From assembly GCA_036260075.1 (NCBI GenBank), contig DATAAM010000223.1:1489-25488 (forward strand): a DNA stretch of 24,000 bases. The letters run 5' to 3'. The stretch's first letter is position 1. Every line of letters starts with the position of its first letter. The notes below the pieces were generated by a model, which did no database searches, was not told where the DNA came from, and was given only the letters and a program-made list of their open reading frames with translations. The DNA comes from Acidimicrobiales bacterium (GTDB taxonomy: Bacteria > Actinomycetota > Acidimicrobiia > Acidimicrobiales > JAHWLA01). Position numbers and translations under genes: made by a program. This document shows, piece after piece, positions 7,475 to 13,922 of this stretch.

Positions 7475-7789
7475 ATGGTCGGAGCGAAGAGCCGGGACCA
7501 AGTCCAAGCTCTTTCGAAGAGCGCTTTGGGCCGCGACCATCGATTGACCCTTGCGCGTGCGATCCTCGCCAGGGGCGACGACCTTTTCGATCTTGCCACG
7601 CTCGAAGAAGCAACGGGGGTGCCAGACGCGACCGTCTTCAGGGAGGTGGCCGAACTTCACGATCTTGGAGTTCTGAACAGGGTTGAGGATCGGAATCGAG
7701 TCTTCTACCACAGAGTGGACAGTCCCTTCTGGGCCTGGTGCCAAGAACTCCTCGACCGTGTTACTGGAGCCGACTCGTCGGTTCGCTGA
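7475..7789 (+). CDS. Winged-helix (ArsR/MarR-like) transcriptional regulator
   Basis: The ATG at 7475 is preceded by AGGAGGGAGG (7461-7470). wHTH-like pattern: LFDLATLEEATGVPDATVFREVAELHDLGVLNRVEDRNRVFYHRV. It is divergent from the PRTase operon. The upstream part of the 7322 ORF looks non-coding. Confidence 0.65.
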   Translation: MVGAKSRDQVQALSKSALGRDHRLTLARAILARGDDLFDLATLEEATGVPDATVFREVAELHDLGVLNRVEDRNRVFYHRVDSPFWAWCQELLDRVTGADSSVR

Positions 7790-7822
7790 GTACATTGCAC
7801 TTGGCGATGCCTGTCCCGCCAC

Positions 7823-8026
7823 TCAACCGGCGTTTCGCTCTGCCCAGCGCACGATCTCCGAACGCAGCCAGAGCCTCGTACGACCGCCCCCACGCTCGAC
7901 GACCGGGCGGGGCATGTCGGCGTAGCGCTTTTGGTACGTGGAGACGCTGTTGCGGTGCGACAGACCGAGGAGCTCAGCGACCTCTTGCGCGTCGATCAGG
8001 TCCTCCGTGTTCACCTTCGGCGCCAC
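7823..8026 (-). CDS. xis: Excisionase/AlpA-like (MerR-superfamily) HTH DNA-binding protein
   Basis: 67 aa. LIDAQEVAELLGLSHRNSVSTYQKR ... RLWLRSEIVRWAE is the usual Xis-family HTH plus wing pattern. Confidence 0.65.
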   Translation of the reverse strand: MAPKVNTEDLIDAQEVAELLGLSHRNSVSTYQKRYADMPRPVVERGGGRTRLWLRSEIVRWAERNAG

Positions 8027-8031
8027 GCGGC

Positions 8032-8085
8032 CAGTCTACGAGCGTTGACAAACCTCGGGTGGATCCCTAGTCTACGAACGTAGAC
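8032..8085. promoter_or_regulatory. Two 18-bp direct repeats overlapping a TTGACA-17-TAGTCT promoter candidate
   Basis: AGTCTACGAGCGTTGACA (8032-8049) and AGTCTACGAACGTAGACA (8068-8085) match at 16/18. The second contains the palindrome TCTACG-AA-CGTAGA. A -35 TTGACA (8044-8049), a 17-nt spacer and a -10 TAGTCT (8067-8072) face the operon that starts at 8154. Confidence 0.35.
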
Positions 8086-8153
8086 ATACCAGGTGGCCGG
8101 GGCGCTGCGCGAACAGCCCCCGGCCTGGCCGATTCCTGCAAGGAGGAACCGAC

Positions 8154-8423
8154 GTGGCCGAGGCTACGACAGCGAAGGCACCGTCCCACGCGACCCGCAA
8201 GACGATCGTGCATGCGACCGACAGGGGACTGGAGCTCGAACAGGAAGTGGAGGCGTTCGCCGTCCACGCCAGTGAGGCGTTGGAGGCGTTCACCGAGGAC
8301 GTAGGACCGCTCAACCTCTCCGACAAGCGGTACGAGCTGGTCGCGGCTGCGTCCGGCCTGGCGGGCCTGTTCAACCTCGTGGAACGCATGAGGGAGACGC
8401 TGGACGGGGTGACGGCGGCATGA
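8154..8423 (+). CDS. Hypothetical protein (first gene of a translationally coupled four-ORF operon)
   Basis: GTG start at 8154 with AGGAGG 7 nt upstream (8141-8146). ATGA overlap with the next ORF at 8420-8423. Confidence 0.5.
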   Translation: MAEATTAKAPSHATRKTIVHATDRGLELEQEVEAFAVHASEALEAFTEDVGPLNLSDKRYELVAAASGLAGLFNLVERMRETLDGVTAA

Positions 8424-8647
8424 CGAGGTATCCCGGCATCCACGTCTTCACCGCTCGCATGCCCGTCGGCGAGTACGAGGCACTGAAGGCATTCGCCTAC
8501 TTCACCCGACGTCCGATCAACGACGTCGTCCTGACGGCTGTTCGGTCCTACCTGCGGCAGCAGGTGGCCGAGGACCACCTGAACGAAATGGTGGAGCAAC
8601 TGCGAGCGACGCTCCACGAGACGTTCGAAGCCCTCGGAGAGCGGTGA
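8420..8647 (+). CDS. Ribbon-helix-helix (CopG/Arc-like) DNA-binding protein
   Basis: ARMPVGEYEALKAFAYFTRRPINDVVLTAVRSYL fits a strand-helix-helix pattern. It is about 40% identical by eye, over 40 aligned residues, to the RHH protein at 20191-20421. Confidence 0.6.
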   Translation: MTRYPGIHVFTARMPVGEYEALKAFAYFTRRPINDVVLTAVRSYLRQQVAEDHLNEMVEQLRATLHETFEALGER

Positions 8648-8904
8648 TGGCACGCGCCGCATCGCCAAGGTTGCCGATCGACCCCCTGCTCCGGCTCTGC
8701 GACGGCAACGTCGGTCTTCTTGCAGAGGCGCTCCGGCGACCTCGTCGGGTCATCACGCGGTGGAAGACCCTCGGGTTGCCGCTCGTCCAAGCGGACAGAT
8801 GCGCCGTGGCGGTCGGGCACCACCCGGTCGATCTCTGGCCCGACTGGTACGAAGCGACCGAGGCTTGGGCCACACACCGGAGTCGACGGTGTCGGGCCGC
8901 GTAG
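8644..8904 (+). CDS. Small HTH-like protein typical of actinobacterial mobile elements
   Basis: The start (GTG 8644 or ATG 8647) overlaps the preceding stop. LLAEALRRPRRVITRWKTLGLPLVQADRCAVAVGHHPVDLWPDWY resembles Cro/Xis-like HTH proteins of actinophages and AICEs. Confidence 0.5.
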   Translation: MMARAASPRLPIDPLLRLCDGNVGLLAEALRRPRRVITRWKTLGLPLVQADRCAVAVGHHPVDLWPDWYEATEAWATHRSRRCRAA

Positions 8905-9015
8905 TTCGGGGCGAGATCCCGAGGGCGTTCGCTCGACGAGCAGCGCGATCTGCTGGTCGGCCTCCGCGCCCTGCGGAACTACGGGCCTGAAGCCGCCGAG
9001 GCGGTCGAGGCTGTC

Positions 9016-9204
9016 ATGGAGCTGGGTCTGATCCGGCGCCTGCTGCTGTCCTGGGAGTTGGCCGTCGAGCTGGCCGAGGCCGAGGGCAGGGATGGGCGGC
9101 AGGCCATGGTCGACCTGCTCGGTGCCGATGATGCCGAACTCATCGAGGCAGCGCTGTTCGACCCGGTTCCCCGGCTCGTCTGTCTCGACGGCGGGGCCGG
9201 ATGA
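9016..9204 (+). CDS. Hypothetical small acidic protein; possibly the distal part of a gene interrupted by an in-frame TAG
   Basis: It is in the same frame as 8644-8904, and there is no stop between the TAG at 8902-8904 and the ATG at 9016. Confidence 0.35.
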   Translation: MELGLIRRLLLSWELAVELAEAEGRDGRQAMVDLLGADDAELIEAALFDPVPRLVCLDGGAG

Positions 9205-9209
9205 CCCGC

Positions 9210-9338
9210 TCAGGCGACTCTGTGCTCGGCGAGGAACCGCTTGGCGGCGACGCGCAGGATGCCGACGATCGTGCGGTCCTCCGCCTCGGCGACAGCCCGA
9301 AGCTGGTCGTGCAGGTCGGCAGGCAGCCGAATAGTCAT
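9210..9338 (-). CDS. Short ribbon-helix-helix (CopG-family) protein
   Basis: Only the last 42 codons of the 9210..10433 ORF look real: MTIRLPADLHDQLRAVAEAEDRTIVGILRVAAKRFLAEHRVA, with the ATG at 9338. Confidence 0.5.
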   Translation of the reverse strand: MTIRLPADLHDQLRAVAEAEDRTIVGILRVAAKRFLAEHRVA

Positions 9339-9569
9339 GGCTCGATCGGCTTGGTTCTTCTTCACCAATCGCGACGGTATCGCCGAGGCCCTACGGCAAC
9401 GCGGATCCGCCACATGGCTCGTACCTGCCCGGCACCATGTGGTTGCCCGCGGTACCGCAGTCGTCTGCGAGGGTCGGAAAGCAGTAGGGGGCCGCCCGCT
9501 CCGGAGGTATCCGGAGAAAATGGCCAGGACCGGGATGGCGACGACGTCCCCGGGAGCTCGGGAGCCCCG

Positions 9570-9613
9570 CTCCTGCGCGACGGAACGTGTGAGTTGGTTT
9601 CGTCGCGCAGGAG
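9570..9613. repeat. Perfect 13-bp inverted repeat with an 18-nt spacer in the long non-coding region
   Basis: CTCCTGCGCGACG (9570-9582) / CGTCGCGCAGGAG (9601-9613). Confidence 0.6.
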
Positions 9614-9818
9614 GATCAGGTTGGCTTCGCAGATCGAGCAGTTGGTTCTCGAGGTGGAGAACCCGAGCCGATGCCCGCATCCATCCGCTGTCACATGCCG
9701 GGACCGGCATGGCGTCCGACTGTGGAGTCGTGTCCTTGGAAGCGCGACAGGCGCGTTTGCTCGCGATCGCAGTTCTCCGCGTTGGGATGCGGGAGAGCCG
9801 TGGCGGGACCGAGACACT

Positions 9819-10723
9819 GTGACACGCCGGATCAGCCGGTTCGTGCCGAGCAGTGTGCCGCCCGACGTCTGGGAGCGAATCGCTCCGTCCGTCCGACGAG
9901 CGGCCGAACGAGCCGGCTCTACGCCCTACAGCGCCACCGCTCTGGCTTCGGTCACCGCCCAGCTCCTCCACTGGTGCGACCGGGAGGGGCTCCCGCTGCG
10001 CGATGAGGTCGTGCTGCACCCCGACACGGTCGACCGCTTCATTGCGGCTGGGTGCGGTCATCTCCGGCACGGGACTCGCCTCAACTATCAGAGCCAGCTT
10101 CGCCGAGTGGGCGAGCTTCTCGTCGGTCCTCCGCTCTATCCGACCCGCAGATATTCGACCGGCTCCTCCGACCCGATCGCTCCGTACACGGAGGAGGAGG
10201 TCGCCGCCCTCCTCGGGTGGGCACGCGGGCTGAGCACGGCCCGCATGCGGCAGAACTCGCTCGTCCTCCTCTCCTTCGGACTCGGTGTGGGCCTGACCAG
10301 CCGGGAACTGAATGCGCTCGTCGGCACCGACGTCGCCTCGGACGATGACGGAGTCCTGGTGCACGTCGTCACAGGGCGTCGCCGCCGTGTCGTTCGCGTG
10401 CTTCGCAGGTGGGAAGAGCATGTCCACACGCACGCCGAACGAGTCGGCGGGAAGGGGTATTCCTGCCGGGCCGTGATCGTGTCGGCCGCAAGGACATCAG
10501 CCGCTTCGTGGAGGGTTGTCCTCGGTCGGATGCCCCGAAGCTGAGCGTCCAGCGTCTTCGAGTCACTTGGATCGTCGGCCATCTGTTGGCGGGTACGCCG
10601 TTGCCGGTTCTCGAAGCCGCGGCCGGGGCCACGGCGTCGCAACTGGCCGCCTACGCGGCGTACATCCCCGAACCCGACGAGGCCACGGCGAACCACTGGT
10701 TGCGGGAGGCGACCTCGCCGTGA
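9819..10723 (+). pseudogene. Tyrosine recombinase/integrase, apparently frameshifted near 10446-10457
   Basis: Frame 3 carries the N-terminal SAM-like region and box I (LGVGLTSRELNAL) and stops at 10544. Frame 2 continues with FLPGRDRVGRKDISRFVEG...QRLRVTWIVGHLLAGTPLPVLEAAAG...AAYAAYI (xxR ... Y region) up to 10723. The candidate start is the GTG at 9819. A sequencing error cannot be excluded. Confidence 0.55.
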
Positions 10724-12480
10724 CCTTGCCCACCCTCGCGCCCATGGCAATGCCCTCGTACGAGGACTTGCCTCGGCGCGGCGGGTGGACATTCGACGAC
10801 GACACCGTCCGTTGGGCGATGCGAGTGATCGACCGTTCTGGCTTGGTCGAGCAGTTGGACACATGGGCGGCTGACGCACGCCGGGGACCGGGAGGCCGAC
10901 CTGAGACGTTTCCACGGCGGGCCTTGCTCGTTGCCATAGCACTGGCCGCTCGGGAAGGACTGGCGATGCAGGCATTGGTGTTCTGCAACGTCCTCTTCCG
11001 TCACATCGGGCCGACCATGCGCGCCGAGTTGCGGGTTCCCAATCCGCCGTCGGAATCCGATGGGCATGGCTGGAAGGCCGTGTATCGCAACGTCAGGACG
11101 CGCCTTCATGGGATCCTCGAACTGGTCGACCCTTCGCCGTACCCCAAGAACCGCCGACTGGACGCAGCGGCGTTCGCAGAGCGCACGAAGGATCTTTCGG
11201 CCGACGAGATCGCGGAGCGCATCGAGAAGCTCACGTGGCTGGCGAACCGGATCATCGAGGCAAGCCTGCGAGAGTGCCCGGCGGAGATCCTCGACAACTG
11301 GGACGGCTCGATCGGACTGGATGCCACCCCGATCCGACTGTACGCCCGTCCTGAGAGGAGAGCCCGCGGTCGGCGAGGCAAGCAGCTGGTGGAGGTTCAT
11401 TCGTCCGATCCCGATGGGGCCTGGTACATGCGCGAGCACGATCACCGGGATCCCGATACGCAGCCCGACACGGGAGCGAAGAAGGGGAAGCAGGTCGCCA
11501 AGGCGTTCTGGGCGCAGGAGGCCACGATCGCCACGGCCAGTTCGAGCGATCCGCGAGCCAAGAGGAGCTTCCCCAAGCTGGCTGTCGGCATGGCTTCGCT
11601 TCACAAGCCGGGCCACCATCCCGACGAACACGGCATCCGTGCCTTGGCGAGCATCAAACAGCGCGGCCACCCCAGCGGCCTCCTTGCCGCCGATCGGGCC
11701 TACACCAACTCGAAGCCCGAGAACTTCCAACTGCCGGCTCGGGCCATGGGATACCGCCTGGTCCTCGACTACCGCGAGGATCAGCTCGGCATCCAGGGCT
11801 CGCATGCCGGAGCGCTCCAGATCGAAGGCGGATGGTCCTGTCCGTGCTTGCCGGAAGCGCTGGTGGATGCAACGGCCGACTTCCGTGCTGGTGGCATCAC
11901 CGAAGACGTGTGGCGTCAACGGCTCAGGGCACGGACGGCGTACCGGCTCCGGGAGAAGGAGCGACCCGACGCTGAAGGTCACGTTCGCCTCCAGTGTCCT
12001 GCCGCGGGACCGGCACCTACCTGCCGCTGCCCGTTGAAGCCCGCGTCCGTCTCCGATGCCACGGCCGGCAAGCCCCTCGTCCTCGTCACCGACGACGTGG
12101 CCCAGAACCCGCCTGCCATCTGTCGGCAGCAATCGGTGACCTTCCCCCCGGACGCCGGTGCCAAGTACCTCCAAGCGCTGGAATACGAGTCGCCCGACTG
12201 GCGCCGGGCCTACCCGACCCTGAGGAACTCCATCGAGGGCACGAGCGGCACGGCCAAGGACGGGGCCTACGAAGCTCTCGGCATCGCCGACAGGCGACGG
12301 ATCCGTGGCCAAGCGGCCCAAACCCTGTTCGTCGCCTTCCTGTTGTTCGGGACGAACCTGCGCATGATCGACAGCTTTCGGGCCCAGGCAAAGGCGGAGG
12401 AGGACGGCGTCATGCGCTTGCCCCGAAAGCGGCGACGGAAGACCCGGCCTCTGTCCGACCACCTGCCGACGACGATCTGA
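10720..12480 (+). CDS. DDE transposase, IS4-superfamily-like (long D-to-E spacing reminiscent of the IS1634 group)
   Basis: The GTG at 10720 overlaps the recombinase stop (GTGA); alternative ATGs lie at 10744 and 10750. Candidate catalytic triad: GLDATPI, LLAADRAYTN, RNSIEGTSGTAK (R-x3-E-x6-K signature). Confidence 0.7.
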   Translation: MTLPTLAPMAMPSYEDLPRRGGWTFDDDTVRWAMRVIDRSGLVEQLDTWAADARRGPGGRPETFPRRALLVAIALAAREGLAMQALVFCNVLFRHIGPTMRAELRVPNPPSESDGHGWKAVYRNVRTRLHGILELVDPSPYPKNRRLDAAAFAERTKDLSADEIAERIEKLTWLANRIIEASLRECPAEILDNWDGSIGLDATPIRLYARPERRARGRRGKQLVEVHSSDPDGAWYMREHDHRDPDTQPDTGAKKGKQVAKAFWAQEATIATASSSDPRAKRSFPKLAVGMASLHKPGHHPDEHGIRALASIKQRGHPSGLLAADRAYTNSKPENFQLPARAMGYRLVLDYREDQLGIQGSHAGALQIEGGWSCPCLPEALVDATADFRAGGITEDVWRQRLRARTAYRLREKERPDAEGHVRLQCPAAGPAPTCRCPLKPASVSDATAGKPLVLVTDDVAQNPPAICRQQSVTFPPDAGAKYLQALEYESPDWRRAYPTLRNSIEGTSGTAKDGAYEALGIADRRRIRGQAAQTLFVAFLLFGTNLRMIDSFRAQAKAEEDGVMRLPRKRRRKTRPLSDHLPTTI

Positions 12481-12622
12481 GCCTCACGAGCCGAGGTACC
12501 GGCCTTCAGAGGCGTCCTGTCGAGCAGGTCAGAACGGCCTTGAAGGTGCCTCTGGGCATCCTCCGACCAGATCAGGGGCCTGCTGGCCACCGATTCTCCG
12601 GGTTTTGTCGGCGGGAGCCGCC

Positions 12623-12640
12623 CGGTTGTGTCGGTAGCCC
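12623..12640. repeat. Right terminal inverted repeat
   Basis: The reverse complement is GGGCTACCGACACAACCG, matching 5344-5361 at 16/18 with the outer 12 nt perfect. Confidence 0.55.
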
Positions 12641-12644
12641 GCGG

Positions 12645-12728
<84 letters not shown>

Positions 12729-12817
12729 GTGGAGCAAGAGAGAGTAGCCGAACTGCGGCCTCCGCCCGTCCGTCGAACCGGGGCGGGCCGGACCCGTGGG
12801 TAAGGTACGGCCCGACC

Positions 12818-13474
12818 ATGGGACTCCAGCAGTTCGAGCGGCGCCTCGAACGCCTCGTCGAGGGCGTCTTCGCCAAGGCCTTTCGCAGCGGGCTCCAGCC
12901 CGTGGAGGTGGGTCGCCGTCTGACTCGGGAGATGGACCTGCACCGCACGGTCGGCGTGCGCGGCGTGCTCGTGCCCAACTGGTTCGAGATCGCGCTCGCC
13001 CCCGCCGACCACGAGCGGTTCGCCCCCTTCGAGGAGAGCCTGCTGCGCGACCTGGCCGACATGGCCCGCCAGCACGCCCGCGACGAGGGCTACTCGTTCG
13101 TCGGGCCCGTCGAGATCGCGCTCGAGCCGGATCCCTCGCTCACGCCCGGCATGTTCCTCGTCTCCTCCGAGGTGCGGGAGGGGGCGGGCGGCGGCGAGCC
13201 CGGGTCCCTCGTGCTGCCCGACGGCACCCGCGTGGAGGTCACCGGCGACCCCGTCACCATCGGCCGCCTGCCCGACTGCGACATCGTGCTCGACGACCGC
13301 AACGTGAGCCGTCGCCACGCCGAGGTGCGCCGCACGCCCAACGGCTTCACCGTGGTCGACCTCGACTCCACCAACGGCACGCGGGTCAACGGAGCGGGCG
13401 TCAAGGAGCGCCGCCTGGCCGACGGCGACAGCATCACGGTCGGGACCACCACCATTCGGTTCGAAGCCTCCTAG
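12818..13474 (+). CDS. fhaA: FhaA-like protein (DUF3662 N-terminal domain plus C-terminal FHA domain)
   Basis: The ATG at 12818 opens MGLQQFERRLERLVEGVFAKAF (DUF3662 signature). FHA core: VTIGRLPDCDIVLDDRNVSRRHAEV...VVDLDSTNGTRVNG. Its position next to tRNA-Leu matches mycobacterial synteny. Confidence 0.85.
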   Translation: MGLQQFERRLERLVEGVFAKAFRSGLQPVEVGRRLTREMDLHRTVGVRGVLVPNWFEIALAPADHERFAPFEESLLRDLADMARQHARDEGYSFVGPVEIALEPDPSLTPGMFLVSSEVREGAGGGEPGSLVLPDGTRVEVTGDPVTIGRLPDCDIVLDDRNVSRRHAEVRRTPNGFTVVDLDSTNGTRVNGAGVKERRLADGDSITVGTTTIRFEAS

Positions 13475-13484
13475 AGGGAGCGCG

Positions 13485-13922
13485 ATGCCCGAGTCGCTGC
13501 TCACGATCCTGAAGTTCCTCTTCCTGGCCCTGGTGTGGCTGTTCTTCGCCCGCGTGCTGCGGGCGGTGTGGGCCGAGCTCTCGCCCGCCGCCGAGCCCGC
13601 CCCCGCCGTCGGCGGCGGCCGTGGCGGAGTGGCCCGCCTGAAGGTGGTCGAGCCCGCCGACAAGCGGGGCCTCGCCTTCGACGTGGGCGACGAGCTCACG
13701 GTGGGCCGGGCGGGTGGCTGCCAGATCGCGCTGGAGGACGACAAGACCGTCTCCCAGCTCCACGCCCGCGTCTTCAGGGGGGCGGAGGGGCGCGTCTACG
13801 TCGAGGATCTCGGGTCGACCAACGGCACCTACCTCAACGCCAAGAAGCTCACCGGTCCCGCCGCCCTCCACCGAGGCGACCGCCTCCAGGTCGGCCGCAC
13901 GGTGCTGGAGGCCACCAAGTGA
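13485..13922 (+). CDS. fhaB: FhaB/FipA-like membrane-anchored FHA-domain protein
   Basis: N-terminal TM helix LTILKFLFLALVWLFFA. FHA core: LTVGRAGGCQIALEDDKTVSQLHARV...VEDLGSTNGTYLN. Confidence 0.8.
   Translation: MPESLLTILKFLFLALVWLFFARVLRAVWAELSPAAEPAPAVGGGRGGVARLKVVEPADKRGLAFDVGDELTVGRAGGCQIALEDDKTVSQLHARVFRGAEGRVYVEDLGSTNGTYLNAKKLTGPAALHRGDRLQVGRTVLEATK

Larger units (their letters stand above)
5344..12640. mobile_element. 7,297-bp transposon-like / integrative element inserted at the 3' end of tRNA-Leu
   Basis: Terminal inverted repeats at both ends are flanked by the direct repeat GCGGT (5339-5343 and 12641-12645). The element carries a DDE transposase, a tyrosine recombinase and an Xis-like gene. 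G+C is lower than the flanks: my hand counts on single 60-nt lines give 24/60 at 5821-5880 and 38/60 at 11221-11280, versus 45/60 at core line 13861-13920. Confidence 0.6.

Noticed and set aside
7298-7822. 174-aa minus-strand ORF opposite the wHTH gene
   Set aside because: The plus-strand frame gives a clean wHTH pattern with a strong RBS. The minus-strand translation has no recognisable features and would run through the operator region.
5344-9818. Retron hypothesis: I recall a PRTase-like effector plus a wHTH partner as accessory genes of one retron class, and 9339-9818 has stem-loops
   Set aside because: No ORF in the window shows reverse-transcriptase motifs (no YxDD-type box). The hairpins are far from the PRTase operon and show no obvious msr/msd-style flanking repeats. 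I treat the cassette as RT-independent unless a search shows otherwise.
9210-10433. 407-aa minus-strand ORF across the non-coding region and the recombinase
   Set aside because: Only the last 42 codons (9210-9338) form a plausible RHH protein. The rest is antisense to the recombinase or lies in non-coding DNA.
10446-10457. Programmed -1 ribosomal frameshift in the recombinase
   Set aside because: The sequence GGCGGGAAGGGG is not a canonical slippery heptamer and no obvious downstream pseudoknot was seen. A mutation or a homopolymer sequencing error is the simpler explanation.
10651-12462. 603-aa minus-strand ORF and the 325-aa plus-strand ORF (11060..12037) overlapping the transposase
   Set aside because: The 10720-12480 frame carries the D, D, E and R-x3-E-x6-K signature. 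The others are low-complexity shadow frames.
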